Part shown: positions 19,244-29,578 of the stretch, piece after piece | Position numbering within the stretch: the stretch's first letter is position 1 | Layout: each line of letters starts with the position of its first letter | Origin: Nitrosopumilus sp. | GTDB taxonomy: Archaea; Thermoproteota; Nitrososphaeria; Nitrososphaerales; Nitrosopumilaceae | Reading direction: 5' to 3' | Length of the DNA: 64,000 nt | Assembly (NCBI GenBank): GCA_965214775.1 | Contig: OZ243974.1 | Location: 672,001 to 736,000 of the forward strand | Notes under the pieces: model-generated | The model's input: only the letters and a program-made list of their open reading frames with translations | Told to the model about the DNA's origin: nothing | Database searches by the model: none | Position numbers and translations under genes: made by a program

Positions 19244-20440
19244 CTAGCCCCTGCTCAAAGTCGACACTATTTTGATGACGTCCCCGTTCTTCAATTTTTG
19301 ATCACCGCTGATTCTTTGCTTGGTTTTGCAGTCAATTGCGTGTAAAAATCCCTTGGCAATATCGGCATGGATCAAGCCAGCCAGATCCCTGGCAGTTGAA
19401 TCTTCAGGAAGTAGTTTTGTATCAGGCAGGATGGCCCCGTCTTTGTTGGTAAGTTTTGTCTCATCTTCAACAGGATAAACCACGATGAGCCTTAGCAAGT
19501 CAAAAACCGCGGCGTTTAAGATTTTTTGGACTCCCGTGTTGGGAATTTTGTCAAAAACCGACCTTGCTAAATCCAATGCCTTTTGCTGCGGGGGCGAAAT
19601 CTCCTTTCCCTCAACAACTGAAAATCCGTCATCGCCCAGGGAATATCTCACCAGTCCGGCCTTTGAGGCCTTGCGCAGCAGGAGTTCAGTCTCAGCACTG
19701 CACGGAATTACATTGCCGTCAATTTCTTTGATTACTTTCAAATCCAGACACAAATCTGCCTTGTTTGCAGCAGTTATCATGGGCTTTGTGTCTTTTCTGA
19801 GCTCTCGTGCAAAGGTTGCAAGATCCTCATCGTTCCATTCTTTTGGATCCCGCGAAATGAATCCAAGCTTTTGCAACACACTTTGAACTTGAAAGTCTTT
19901 GATGCCCAAGCCTGTGAAACGTTTTGCAATGCCGTCTGTAATCTTTGCCCGTTTCTGATGAATCTCCCTGGTGATTTTATCCCATTCCCGCTTTAAAATA
20001 TCGGCAAACCAAAGATCAAACTCATCTTGGACAAATTCAACATCTTCAAGCGGGTTATGGGTTCCAGGCGATACGGGCTGTCCCTGTATGTCAGTGGTTC
20101 CGGCAATGTCAACTACATGAATCAAAACTTCAGCTTGTCTTGCATCATCAAGAAACTGGTTTCCCAGTCCCTTGCCCTCGTGGGCCCCCGGAACCAATCC
20201 AGCAATGTCAATCAGCTTGACTGGCACGAATCTGCCCCCATTAACGCACAGGTCATTTTGATGTTCAATTTTGAAATGCCTGCAAGCACAGTCAGCTTTT
20301 ACATATGCGACGCCAACATTTGGCTTGATGGTTGTAAATGGGAAATTTCCAGACGCTGCGGGAGTCTGAGTTGCCGCAGAAAAGAAGGTAGATTTTCCAA
20401 CGTTTGCTTTTCCTAGTAATCCTATTTGCAACAATCTCAA
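19244..20440 (-). CDS. ychF: YchF/OBG-family ATPase/GTPase with TGS domain
   Basis: GKANVGKST, FPFTTIKPN, DIAGLVPGAHEGKGLGNQFL, ANKAD. Confidence 0.92.
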   Translation of the reverse strand: MRLLQIGLLGKANVGKSTFFSAATQTPAASGNFPFTTIKPNVGVAYVKADCACRHFKIEHQNDLCVNGGRFVPVKLIDIAGLVPGAHEGKGLGNQFLDDARQAEVLIHVVDIAGTTDIQGQPVSPGTHNPLEDVEFVQDEFDLWFADILKREWDKITREIHQKRAKITDGIAKRFTGLGIKDFQVQSVLQKLGFISRDPKEWNDEDLATFARELRKDTKPMITAANKADLCLDLKVIKEIDGNVIPCSAETELLLRKASKAGLVRYSLGDDGFSVVEGKEISPPQQKALDLARSVFDKIPNTGVQKILNAAVFDLLRLIVVYPVEDETKLTNKDGAILPDTKLLPEDSTARDLAGLIHADIAKGFLHAIDCKTKQRISGDQKLKNGDVIKIVSTLSRG

Positions 20441-20506
20441 AAACTCGATTCTACTTATTAGTATTGCAGAAATCGTTTAATCATCAACTTGTAAGATGAT
20501 GATCGT

Positions 20507-21076
20507 ATGGCAATTGTGATAACTGGCAATCCGGGAGTCGGAAAGCATACCGTTGCAAGGGAGATATCCCGAAAAAGGCACCTAAAGGTGATAGACATCA
20601 ACGAGATTGCCAAAAGTGAAAATTTGTGCGAGACAGGAGGCGACAAGGCAAACGACGTGGATGCCGAAAAGCTAAAAGAGGCTTTGAAGCAGAAGATCTC
20701 TTTAAAATCAGTTGTTGTCGGACATCTGGCTCCGTATGTTCTAGATAAAAGCCAGGTTGAAGGTGTGATCGTTTTGAGAAGAAACCCGTATGATCTTTTG
20801 AATGTGTACGAAAAAAGGGGGTACACAGATGAGAAAAGCAGAGAAAACGCAGGCAGTGAGATTTTAGGAGTGACTGCGTTTGATGCAATGGGACAATTCG
20901 GAGAAGAAAAGGTGGTTGAAATTAACGTGACTGGTAAAAAAATTCGGGAGATAGTGGAAATTATCGATTCGATGGTGATGACGGTGAACCCTAGAAAAAA
21001 AGAATCCGTGGGGGAGGTTGACTGGCTTGAGATGGTGGCAAAAAACGACGACCTGAAAAAATTCTTTGTTGATTAA
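20507..21076 (+). CDS. Fap7/AK6-type adenylate kinase
   Basis: ITGNPGVGKHT P-loop, VVGHL, RGYTDEKSREN. Confidence 0.85.
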   Translation: MAIVITGNPGVGKHTVAREISRKRHLKVIDINEIAKSENLCETGGDKANDVDAEKLKEALKQKISLKSVVVGHLAPYVLDKSQVEGVIVLRRNPYDLLNVYEKRGYTDEKSRENAGSEILGVTAFDAMGQFGEEKVVEINVTGKKIREIVEIIDSMVMTVNPRKKESVGEVDWLEMVAKNDDLKKFFVD

Positions 21077-21118
21077 TTAATTGATTAAATAAATAACACT
21101 CAAAAAATAGAAGAACAG

Positions 21119-22627
21119 TTGTTTGAGATTTCAAAGACGGACCTGGCCGGCAGGATAGGAAGGATTGAGACAAATCACGGGAGGATTGATACTCCTGCCT
21201 ATGTTCCTGTAATCCATCCCGTAAAGCAGACAATTCCGTCAAAAAAAATCAGAGAGATTGGATTTGACTTGGTAATTACAAATGCATACATTACGAAAAA
21301 CAGCTATGGGCAAGAAGCAATCAAAAAAGGAATTCACGGGATTATCGATTATGACAGGGCAGTAATGACGGACTCTGGGGGATATCAGGTTCTAGAATAT
21401 GGAGATGTCCGGGTTGCGCCAGCAGAGATGGCAGAATTTGAAAAAGGGATAATGGCGGACTTTGCAATACCGTTAGACAAGCCAACAGGCTTTGGATTGC
21501 CAATAAAAAAGGCAGAAGCCTATGTAAGGCACACGCTTAAAGTTTGCAGGCAAACCATAGATGGTAGCGATGATAACGGACAGATCTGGATTGGCCCGAT
21601 TCAGGGAGGAGAGCATTTTGATCTTGTTGCAAAATCGGCCAAAGGCCTCGTCAAAATGGGATACAAGATGTTGGCATTGGGAAGTCCAGTCGAATTCATG
21701 GAGTCATACGAGTACAGACTGCTAGCCCAAATGATTGCTGCGGCAAAAAAACAAATCCCGCACAACATTCCACTGCATCTGTTTGGGGCAGGCCATCCCC
21801 TAACCATTCCATTTGCAGTGGCTCTGGGTTGCGATACGTTTGATTCGGCATCCTACATGCTGTATGCAAGGCAGAATAGGTACATTGCCGAAGATGGGAC
21901 ACGGAATTTATCAGAGATTGCTGTTTTTCCATGTCATTGCAAAGTCTGCTCAAAATTTACCCCAGACGAATTAAGGGAGCTAGAATCTGCCGACAGAATT
22001 AACCAGTTGGCCATCCATAATCTGTATGCAATAAAATTAGAAATGGACAAGGTAAAACAGGCAATCTACGAAGGCAGGTTGTGGGAATACGTGATTAAGA
22101 AGGCTAGGGCACATCCAAAGCTCTTTGAGATGGCTCAAGTAATGACTGAAAATGCGGAATTTCTGAAAATTTCAACTCCAAAGTTTAAAGAAAAGGCGGT
22201 TTTTCTGTTTGGCACAGAGGATCAGTACAGGCCAGAGGTTCAATCGTTTCATGAGATGACAAGGAGATTCAGATCAAAGAAAAGCAGAGTCCTCATAACA
22301 AAAGAGTCGTCTGCAAAGCCAGGATATCTTTCTGGTCAGTACGTGAGCCTGCAGAAAAAAACCAGAGATTTTGACGGAGTTCAGATCTGCCAGTACAACC
22401 CCCAGATAGGAATAATTCCAATAGAGATTTCAGATGTCTTTCCGGCTGCGCACCATGAAACATCGCGTTTAGATTTTGATCCCAGAGAATTTCCTGAATT
22501 TGAAAAGACGTGGAGGGCATTTTTTGAGGGCAACAGGTTTTCAGAAATCACATATGATAAGGAAGACAATTTTTTGAAACATTTTGTCAAAATGCTGCCA
22601 AAAGAGATTGGGAGAAGATCCTTGTAG
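21119..22627 (+). CDS. tgtA: Archaeosine tRNA-guanine(15) transglycosylase
   Basis: MTDSGGYQ, GPIQGG, HLFGAGHP, DTFDSASY, CHCKVC zinc site. Confidence 0.94.
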   Translation: MFEISKTDLAGRIGRIETNHGRIDTPAYVPVIHPVKQTIPSKKIREIGFDLVITNAYITKNSYGQEAIKKGIHGIIDYDRAVMTDSGGYQVLEYGDVRVAPAEMAEFEKGIMADFAIPLDKPTGFGLPIKKAEAYVRHTLKVCRQTIDGSDDNGQIWIGPIQGGEHFDLVAKSAKGLVKMGYKMLALGSPVEFMESYEYRLLAQMIAAAKKQIPHNIPLHLFGAGHPLTIPFAVALGCDTFDSASYMLYARQNRYIAEDGTRNLSEIAVFPCHCKVCSKFTPDELRELESADRINQLAIHNLYAIKLEMDKVKQAIYEGRLWEYVIKKARAHPKLFEMAQVMTENAEFLKISTPKFKEKAVFLFGTEDQYRPEVQSFHEMTRRFRSKKSRVLITKESSAKPGYLSGQYVSLQKKTRDFDGVQICQYNPQIGIIPIEISDVFPAAHHETSRLDFDPREFPEFEKTWRAFFEGNRFSEITYDKEDNFLKHFVKMLPKEIGRRSL

Positions 22628-22700
22628 GAAATCAATACGCAGATGCATCACATGAAAATTGAAATAAAAAATAAGAAAAAAGAATGTGCAAAGACTCGGC

Positions 22701-23003
22701 CTACAAAGCCGCGTCTTCTGCCCAACCGTTGATGAAGACACCGTTTTTGTGAAGAGGTACTGGTTGTCCAGCAGTGTAATTCATAGGTCTCATCCAAAAG
22801 ATTGACTTTGTCGGGCACACGCCGATGCATGCGCCGTCAGAAATACATCTTTCTGGATAAAATACAAATGCTTTACCTCTCTTCCAGCCTTCAACAGGTT
22901 TTACTCTAAGGACATCTGGACCCAGAGACGTACAGATTTCTACACACAGTGCACATCCGATACATCTTTGCTCATCGATGTCTGGAAGTATTGCTATTGG
23001 CAT
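22701..23003 (-). CDS. 4Fe-4S dicluster ferredoxin
   Basis: CIGCALCVEIC and CISDGACIGVCP. Confidence 0.93.
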   Translation of the reverse strand: MPIAILPDIDEQRCIGCALCVEICTSLGPDVLRVKPVEGWKRGKAFVFYPERCISDGACIGVCPTKSIFWMRPMNYTAGQPVPLHKNGVFINGWAEDAAL

Positions 23004-23153
23004 TACAAAGTAAGAGTTGCTTGGAGACTATTTAAACCATGATTGAAATGTATAACCCTGTTATGAAGGAAGAAGTTGATAGGCAGGAGATCATGCGCAA
23101 AAAACATCAAACTCAAAAATTGAAAAAACAAAAAGATAACGTGATTTTCACGT

Positions 23154-23366
23154 TTATTTTCTCATTGCGTCTATTTGACCAGAGGTAACCCAGTCAAGTA
23201 ATTCTGCAGAAGAAGGATTAAGGTCTGCCTTCTGGTTCATCAGATTGTTAACCCAAATCCAGTTAATCTGGTTAAGGAGAGGTTTGTTTGCTTCGTCACC
23301 AGCACGTGTTTTAGCGACGACGGCTTGATCTTGTTGCCCTAACCATTCTTGGAAGCTTCTTCCCAT
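23154..23366 (-). CDS. Small conserved thaumarchaeal protein
   Basis: 70-aa ORF with biased codon use and upstream AT-rich TATA-like box. Confidence 0.75.
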   Translation of the reverse strand: MGRSFQEWLGQQDQAVVAKTRAGDEANKPLLNQINWIWVNNLMNQKADLNPSSAELLDWVTSGQIDAMRK

Positions 23367-23479
23367 GAGGATCGGATCTTAGCTTGCACTAATTAAAGCT
23401 TTTGAAGATTCTATACTAGGCATAATGATTGAATCGGCACTAGGAAGGTTTTAACGTAGATGTAAAATCAGGATAGTTC

Positions 23480-24748
23480 TTGGATGTCAAGGTTTTAGGC
23501 GCTGCCAACGAGGTGGGCAGATCTGGGTTTTTGGTCCATTGCAAAGGAGGTACCAATCTGCTGCTCGATTACGGGGTAATGTTTGGAAAAAGAGGCACCC
23601 CTCCGGAATATCCCCTGCATGTCAAACCCAAGGATGTGGACGGAATCATCATAACTCATGCCCACCTAGACCATTCAGGAAACGTTCCATCCTTGTTTGT
23701 GAGTGGGGATACGGACGTCTATGCTACACCTCCAACATTTGACTTGTCAAAACTGCTCATCGAAGACATGCTCAAAATCGAAAAAAATTCCCATCCGTTT
23801 GATTTGCCTGAACTAAACAACATGATGAGAAACGCCAAACCTGTCGGATACAGGCAAAAAGTCGCCAAAGGCAACGCAACATTTGAGCTAAGAGAGTCAG
23901 GACATGTGATCGGGGGAAGTACCGTACTTGTAGAGTCAGAGGGAAGGCGGCTGCTTTACACGGGCGACATCAAAACAAACGGCTCTAGAATGCTGCGGGA
24001 AACGGATTTGGATCTTGGTGAGATTGATCTGTTAATCACCGAAAGCACCTACTCTCAAACAGAGCAAAAGCCAAGAAAAGAATCAGAGAGGGAACTAGTC
24101 GAGTTTGCAAATGAAGTCATGGACAGAAAGGGAACCCTGTTCATTCCGTCATTTTCTGTAGAACGTTCTCAAGAGATGGCGTGCATTCTAAAAAATGCGA
24201 ATTTCAGGCATCGGATAATCATGGACGGGATGGCATTAAAGGTAAACGAGATAATGTTCAAGCATCCCAGATATCTCAGGGATCCCAAGGTTTTTGCCAA
24301 TGCAATCAACAGTTCGTTATCAATCAGGGAACATTCTCAAAGAAAGCGCGCGATGGAAGAGCCGTGCGTTGTGATCTCCCCTGCCGGGATGCTGGTCGGA
24401 GGCAATGCAGTTTACTATTTGCAGCAGCTGGCATTTGATGACAGAAATGGGATTGCGCTGGTTTCCTACCAGGGGGACGGCACGCCGGGAAGAAAGTTGC
24501 TTGAAACAGGCAAGGTGTCAACTAGGGGAAGGGATCTAAAGGTCACAGCAGAGGTCAGGAAGTTCGAGTTTTCAGGTCATGCTGACAGAAACGAACTGTT
24601 TGACATGGTTTCAAAAATCAAGGGAAATCCCAAGGTTTTGACAGTGCATGGCGATGCTGACTCGTGCTCAAACTTCGCTCAAGAGATTCATGAAAAATTC
24701 GGTTTTGAGGCACATGCCCCAAACGTAAATGAGACAGTAACCGTCTGA
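23480..24748 (+). CDS. MBL-fold beta-CASP ribonuclease (aCPSF-type)
   Basis: LGAANEVGRSG, THAHLDHSG, GHVIG, YTGD, FSGHAD, VHGD. Confidence 0.92.
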   Translation: MDVKVLGAANEVGRSGFLVHCKGGTNLLLDYGVMFGKRGTPPEYPLHVKPKDVDGIIITHAHLDHSGNVPSLFVSGDTDVYATPPTFDLSKLLIEDMLKIEKNSHPFDLPELNNMMRNAKPVGYRQKVAKGNATFELRESGHVIGGSTVLVESEGRRLLYTGDIKTNGSRMLRETDLDLGEIDLLITESTYSQTEQKPRKESERELVEFANEVMDRKGTLFIPSFSVERSQEMACILKNANFRHRIIMDGMALKVNEIMFKHPRYLRDPKVFANAINSSLSIREHSQRKRAMEEPCVVISPAGMLVGGNAVYYLQQLAFDDRNGIALVSYQGDGTPGRKLLETGKVSTRGRDLKVTAEVRKFEFSGHADRNELFDMVSKIKGNPKVLTVHGDADSCSNFAQEIHEKFGFEAHAPNVNETVTV

Positions 24749-24749
24749 A

Positions 24750-25592
24750 ATGCAGGATTTTAACATAATCAATGTCGAGGATACGGTTCAAAGCGGCCAG
24801 GTATTTCTTTGGCAAAAGACAGGCGGTTACTGGTACGGTGTCAATGGCCGGAATATTCTAAGGGTGGACAGTCTTGGCAAAATCAGGTCGTTGAAAAAGG
24901 GCGGCTCGGACTTTTTTAGGCAAAGCGACGATTTGGAGAAAATAATCAAGGCAATCTCAAAGGATTCTGCAATAAAAGAGGCAGTCAAAAAGTATCTTGG
25001 CCTGCGAATAATGAATCAGGATCCATTCCAGTGCGCCATCTCTTTTATCGCTTCGTCAAATTCCAACATTCAAAAAATCAAAATATGCTTGGAAAGACTA
25101 TGTGAGAAGTTAGGTGAGAAGGTAGAGTTTGACAGAAAAGAGTTTTTTCTCTTTCCAGAGCCAGAAAAGCTTGCAGGGTCATCCGTCAAAGAAATCATGG
25201 GATGCGGGACGGGATACCGCTCGGAGTTCATCCGGCATGCGGCAGAGATGGCAGCTGGGGGGAAGATTGATTTTGACGTACTGAGAAAAATGCCCTACCT
25301 CCAAGCAAGAGAAGAAATCTGCAGGGTTCCCGGAATCGGGAGCAAGGTTGCCGACTGCGTCATGCTGTTTTCACTGAACAAACTCGAGGCATTTCCTCTG
25401 GACAGGTGGATGGTCAGAACTCTGGCCAAGTACTATCCGGATTTTCGTCTGGAAGCAGACAAGGCGATTTCTAAAAGACGGTATGAGCTGCTGCATGAAA
25501 AAATCGTAGGATATTTTGGCATGTATGCAGGATATGCCCAGCAGTTTCTGTTCAAGATGGAACGGGAAGACGCCGGCAAAAAATGGCTGTAA
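24750..25592 (+). CDS. ogg: 8-oxoguanine DNA glycosylase (HhH-GPD)
   Basis: SGQVFLW, FIASSNSNI, GTGYR, PGIGSKVADCVMLFSL, AFPLD, AGYAQQFLF. Confidence 0.9.
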   Translation: MQDFNIINVEDTVQSGQVFLWQKTGGYWYGVNGRNILRVDSLGKIRSLKKGGSDFFRQSDDLEKIIKAISKDSAIKEAVKKYLGLRIMNQDPFQCAISFIASSNSNIQKIKICLERLCEKLGEKVEFDRKEFFLFPEPEKLAGSSVKEIMGCGTGYRSEFIRHAAEMAAGGKIDFDVLRKMPYLQAREEICRVPGIGSKVADCVMLFSLNKLEAFPLDRWMVRTLAKYYPDFRLEADKAISKRRYELLHEKIVGYFGMYAGYAQQFLFKMEREDAGKKWL

Positions 25593-25625
25593 ACCCTTAA
25601 AATGGCAGTTGATCGGTAGGTTTTT

Positions 25626-25700
25626 GGGCCCATAGCTCAGCATGGATAGAGTGTTGGACTTCTAATCCAATGGTCAAGGGATCGAAGCCCTTTGGGCCCG
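25626..25700 (+). tRNA. tRNA-Arg(TCT)
   Basis: Acceptor GGGCCCA/TGGGCCC, anticodon arm TTGGA-CTTCTAA-TCCAA, T arm AAGGG-ATCGAAG-CCCTT. Confidence 0.93.
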
Positions 25701-25849
25701 TACGTGCTTCCCGGACATTTGAGACGGCATTTTTTTACAGCTGGGTGAAAAGTGTTAAAAAATCGAGTAAAAACAGACAGGGCAGGCAAGGGGTACTGCG
25801 TCTCAATATCAGGACAAAAACAACAACCTAGTTTACTTTTCACTTGGCT

Positions 25850-26002
25850 GAGGGTTTACCCCTAATGCGGCATTGCCGATCAGGGCCTTTATGATCATGC
25901 CTGCCACGCCGTATCCTCCGGTGGGGGTAAGAACTCCCATATCAAATGATTCCGGTTCCCTGCACGGGCCGCTGCAAGTCTGTGTTTTTCAGTCAGACGC
26001 AT
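25850..26002. repeat. Dispersed ~152-bp element D, copy 1
   Basis: Colinear with 38353-38504 (ttatgatcatgcct, ccacgccgtatc, aactcccatatcaaat, cacgggccgctgc, tcagtcagacgcat). Confidence 0.85.
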
Positions 26003-26219
26003 CTCCTGTCATACAGCAAACGCAAGCCCTCACAACTATCAAAAAAACCCACTATTTAGTGGCTCCCCAGATCTCAGTTTAGCGTTTTTACCCACGCCTG
26101 ATCAATTTTTACTCATGAAAAAATCGAGTGCAGTTCTGATTGCACCTGAAATCAGTCATGCAACAAAGACTGATGGCCTAACAAAACCATTATTATTCCA
26201 AATCGCATCTTCATCTCTT

Positions 26220-26588
26220 ATGGGAGATCTAGAATTCAAACTAAATTCCACTGAGATCAAGCCAAGATCAAACATCATTGGAGAGATTTCCGTCTCTTAT
26301 CCGGGAAGATATGACGGAGTTGTAATCAATACGACAATATCAGACTCAAATGAACACATTGTTTACAAATCCTATAACGAAAGAAAAATCTCAAAAAACG
26401 TTTCCAGGTTATTCATCAGCAGGGATGCCATGCCTCAAGACAGAGCAGTTTTTACGGCATTAATCGAATTTGTCCCAGAACAGGTGGATGGACGGCTGCG
26501 ACGACACGAGGTAAAGTTCAGGGCCTCAATTATTGAGCAGCATAAAGAAATTGAGAGTAAAGTAATTTTTGCAGGATATTCCAGCTAG
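26220..26588 (+). CDS. Conserved hypothetical protein
   Basis: ORF; MGDLEFK start preferred; beta-rich sequence. Confidence 0.7.
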   Translation: MGDLEFKLNSTEIKPRSNIIGEISVSYPGRYDGVVINTTISDSNEHIVYKSYNERKISKNVSRLFISRDAMPQDRAVFTALIEFVPEQVDGRLRRHEVKFRASIIEQHKEIESKVIFAGYSS

Positions 26589-27052
26589 AATCGGCTCTTC
26601 TCTATTGAGATTTCACCTTTCATCCAAGGATGAGGCTGGCAGAAATAATGAAGATCTTCTCTTGGCTCTGTAAACAAGAATTCATAGGTATCGCCAGGTT
26701 TTATGACTCCCGGAGAGCCAAAGCTGCCGCTATATCCATCTGCATATCTGTGGTCAGGAGTAACGGTGTGGGCAGTGTCATCATTGTTTATCCATCTGAC
26801 ATTGTTTGTAAACTTGAGCAATACTGTCGGGTCGTTTGGAACATAGTTTTCGTTGCCTTCGGTTACTGCACCTGGAACAATCTCAATTAGGAAGAACTCT
26901 TCTTCGGGATGTAAGATATGATCATCCACTGATGGCTTTGCCAATGACTCTGGAAGATAAAATGATGTGTAAAAGACAGTAACGGCAGACAGGGCTACGA
27001 TGAATGCAATGGCTCCAATCCCATAAGCGTGACTAGATGTAGGGGCAGCCAT
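26585..27052 (-). CDS. Membrane-anchored plastocyanin-like blue copper protein of the complex III cluster
   Basis: N-terminal TM, WINNDDTAHTVT, YFCQPHPWMKG type-1 Cu ligands. Confidence 0.92.
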   Translation of the reverse strand: MAAPTSSHAYGIGAIAFIVALSAVTVFYTSFYLPESLAKPSVDDHILHPEEEFFLIEIVPGAVTEGNENYVPNDPTVLLKFTNNVRWINNDDTAHTVTPDHRYADGYSGSFGSPGVIKPGDTYEFLFTEPREDLHYFCQPHPWMKGEISIEKSRF

Positions 27053-27107
27053 GTTTAGCTGATCATCCCCCTCAAGTTCTTATAAAGCTTGGCTGAAATT
27101 TTTGAGA

Positions 27108-28748
27108 TCATGGTTTATTCTTCAAATCCGCTGAGCCGATGTTAGTGTTCGGGTCTGCGCCTGCTACTCCAAGATCTGCCTGAGTTGTTTTTGGAGTCGG
27201 AACTTGGGCCGGAATTTCTTTTGGTCTAGGATCACCATCATCGCCACCATCATCATCGCCACCATCACTGCGGCCAGACGAAGAGTCCCCTTCTGGAAGT
27301 TTGCCCGGTTCTTCTGCAGCTTCGGGTTCTGCAAGTTTTGGTTTCTCTTCTTCAGCGGCGACCAGAGGTGGCGGCGGAGGAGCATTCTTTTGCTCGCTCA
27401 TTCCATACCTGTAGATGTGGAAGAACGCTGCAAAAACCAAGAGTATGATTCCAACAAACAGCAATGAGACATTCTTCATTCCGGTTAGTGCCGCATTATA
27501 TGCTGCAATGTTGAGGAACACTTGGAATGCCAGCAATGCAATTAAAAGCATGTTGATCCATTTTTCAGACAGGTTGATCGAGGCCACCTTTCTTGGGCCG
27601 CTGTCCTTTGCAAGCTTGGATTTTCTTTCTGCCTCATTTGCAAGCTTGATCATCATGTAGGTAAATCCAAATCCTAGTGGAACCAGCAGGATCATTACGG
27701 AATAAAAGAACACCGGATCGATTACCAAGCGCTCCACTAACGGAACTGAGATGTCAGGGGAGATGTAGAATCCCCAGTAGGTTGTAACCATGATTTGTGC
27801 AAGGCTGGTAATTCCAAATGCAGTGATGATAGGCCTGTCTCTCCAAGAGAATTTCTTGTATCTGTCAATGAAGGGGATTAACACCAGGGATATAATGAAT
27901 ATCAACGGCCACAGCAGACCGGTAACAAACTTGTCATACTGTGTTCTCATGAAAGCGTAGATTCCAGTCAGATACCATTCAGGCACTGTAACTCCGGGAG
28001 GAACCGATGGTTCAAACTTGAACCCCAGGTCAATTGGGAAGACGCCGCCCGTAATCAGAATGGCACCAGAGATTGCCATCACCATTGGAACGTCAAACAC
28101 CAGGAACCTTGGGAAGTGCACTGCCATCAATCCCAGCATGACAATGGGCAACAAGAACACGTGCTGGGCATAAAACCTTAACACAAAGTCTGAAAATCCG
28201 CTGCCCAGCGCCGCATCGCGAATCGTCGGCCCCACCACGGGAATGGAGGTGGTCAGCGACGCGGCAATGCTAATTGCAAGTTCGGCTCTTTCGCTGAAAA
28301 TAACATCATATCCCGTAAATGCCTCAAGAATTGTCACAACGCCAAGAATGACGCCAGTCATCCATAAGACCTCATTTCTGATTTTGTACCTTCCGCTAAA
28401 GTACTGATAGTACATGTGCAAGACTGCAAGAAGTACCATCGCATTTGAGCCATGGTAGTGGATGTTCCTGATGTGAAAACCAAACGGGACTTCATCGTTG
28501 ATAAACTGCACGCTGTCCCACGCCCTGTCAAGAATAGGCTGGTAGTAGAACATGAGCAATGCCCCCGAGATTCCGAGAATCACAAATACGATAAACGTGA
28601 GCATTCCAAGAAAGCCAAACGGGCTTACAAATCTTGCAGGGAACGAAAACTTGATTGCAGTAAAGATTGTTCTGTCTATTCCGTCCCACAGCCAGTAGAA
28701 AAAGGCAACTGTTCCAGTCCTTCGTTCAAGCGAAGCGGCCATATCCAA
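27108..28748 (-). CDS. petB: Cytochrome b of bc complex
   Basis: IRNIHYHGSN, VLHMY, FYAQHVFLLP, AVHFP heme ligands; PEWY motif. Confidence 0.94.
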   Translation of the reverse strand: MDMAASLERRTGTVAFFYWLWDGIDRTIFTAIKFSFPARFVSPFGFLGMLTFIVFVILGISGALLMFYYQPILDRAWDSVQFINDEVPFGFHIRNIHYHGSNAMVLLAVLHMYYQYFSGRYKIRNEVLWMTGVILGVVTILEAFTGYDVIFSERAELAISIAASLTTSIPVVGPTIRDAALGSGFSDFVLRFYAQHVFLLPIVMLGLMAVHFPRFLVFDVPMVMAISGAILITGGVFPIDLGFKFEPSVPPGVTVPEWYLTGIYAFMRTQYDKFVTGLLWPLIFIISLVLIPFIDRYKKFSWRDRPIITAFGITSLAQIMVTTYWGFYISPDISVPLVERLVIDPVFFYSVMILLVPLGFGFTYMMIKLANEAERKSKLAKDSGPRKVASINLSEKWINMLLIALLAFQVFLNIAAYNAALTGMKNVSLLFVGIILLVFAAFFHIYRYGMSEQKNAPPPPPLVAAEEEKPKLAEPEAAEEPGKLPEGDSSSGRSDGGDDDGGDDGDPRPKEIPAQVPTPKTTQADLGVAGADPNTNIGSADLKNKP

Positions 28749-29337
28749 CTACTCCATTGTCATTTGCATTGAATTTAGGCGGCAGGATGAACAAAAATCC
28801 CGAAGAATCGACTTCCAGGCTTAGTTTTGGCAATGTGTTAGACGGCGCTGCCTGTACAGATGCAGGTCCGACAAAAGCCGTTCCAGTATCAGGATCATAC
28901 ATGCTTCCGTGACACGGGCATTCGCCCCTCTTTCTTCCATCATCGGGCCAGTACTTCCAAAGACACCACAGGTGCAGACAGATCATGCTAAATGCCCTAA
29001 AGGCAGACTCGTTATCTTTTGCGCCACCAAGCTCTTCAGGCAGTCGAATTAACTGCCACTTGCGAAATGCCTCAGCATCAAGGGCGGCATCACCTGTGGC
29101 AGGATATGTAATTACTTCGGCATGGTTTACTGGAAAGGAGTTGATGTTTGCCTGGGTTCCATCAGGTAAAATTACCGGGACCTTTTCTAATGATGCTTGG
29201 TTGGGGTTTGGCATGAAATTTCCAAACGGAACGAATGGTGCAAACGCTAATCCCGTGCCTGCAGCCCCAATTAACTTTAGAAAGTCCCTCCGGGATAAGC
29301 CGGCAGATGACCTCCTTGTCCCCACCTCCTCTGACAT
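28726..29337 (-). CDS. petC: Rieske 2Fe-2S protein (Tat signal)
   Basis: SRRDFLK; CLHLWC and CPCHGSMY. Confidence 0.94.
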   Translation of the reverse strand: MSEEVGTRRSSAGLSRRDFLKLIGAAGTGLAFAPFVPFGNFMPNPNQASLEKVPVILPDGTQANINSFPVNHAEVITYPATGDAALDAEAFRKWQLIRLPEELGGAKDNESAFRAFSMICLHLWCLWKYWPDDGRKRGECPCHGSMYDPDTGTAFVGPASVQAAPSNTLPKLSLEVDSSGFLFILPPKFNANDNGVVGYGRFA

Positions 29338-29403
29338 TCAAGCTCACGTACTCGCCAAATTGCTTATAAACCTTGTTCAATTTGCAGTCTGCTGCACAAC
29401 CCA

Positions 29404-29578
29404 GAGAGGTGATCCGAAATTGGAAACTGTAAATCACTGCCCGGATTTTTCTGTGCATTTGCAAGGTAATTTCACACACAGATAAAACCTGCCAATTGCA
29501 GACATTGCTTTAATCGATTGGTTTGATGTAACTGCTTATACATGATCCGAATCTGCCAATTTCGAATCAGATCTTCTC
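29404..29578 (+). mobile_element. MITE family A copy (longer, diverged interior)
   Basis: gagaggtgatccgaaattgg...ctgccaatttcgaatcagatcttctc. Confidence 0.75.

Noticed and set aside
25676-25692. Non-canonical T loop (ATCGAAG) in tRNA-Arg suggesting a pseudogene
   Set aside because: All four stems pair well, so it is treated as a functional variant.
26585-29337. bc complex without cytochrome c1
   Set aside because: Replacement by a plastocyanin-like subunit is established for ammonia-oxidising archaea, so not novel.
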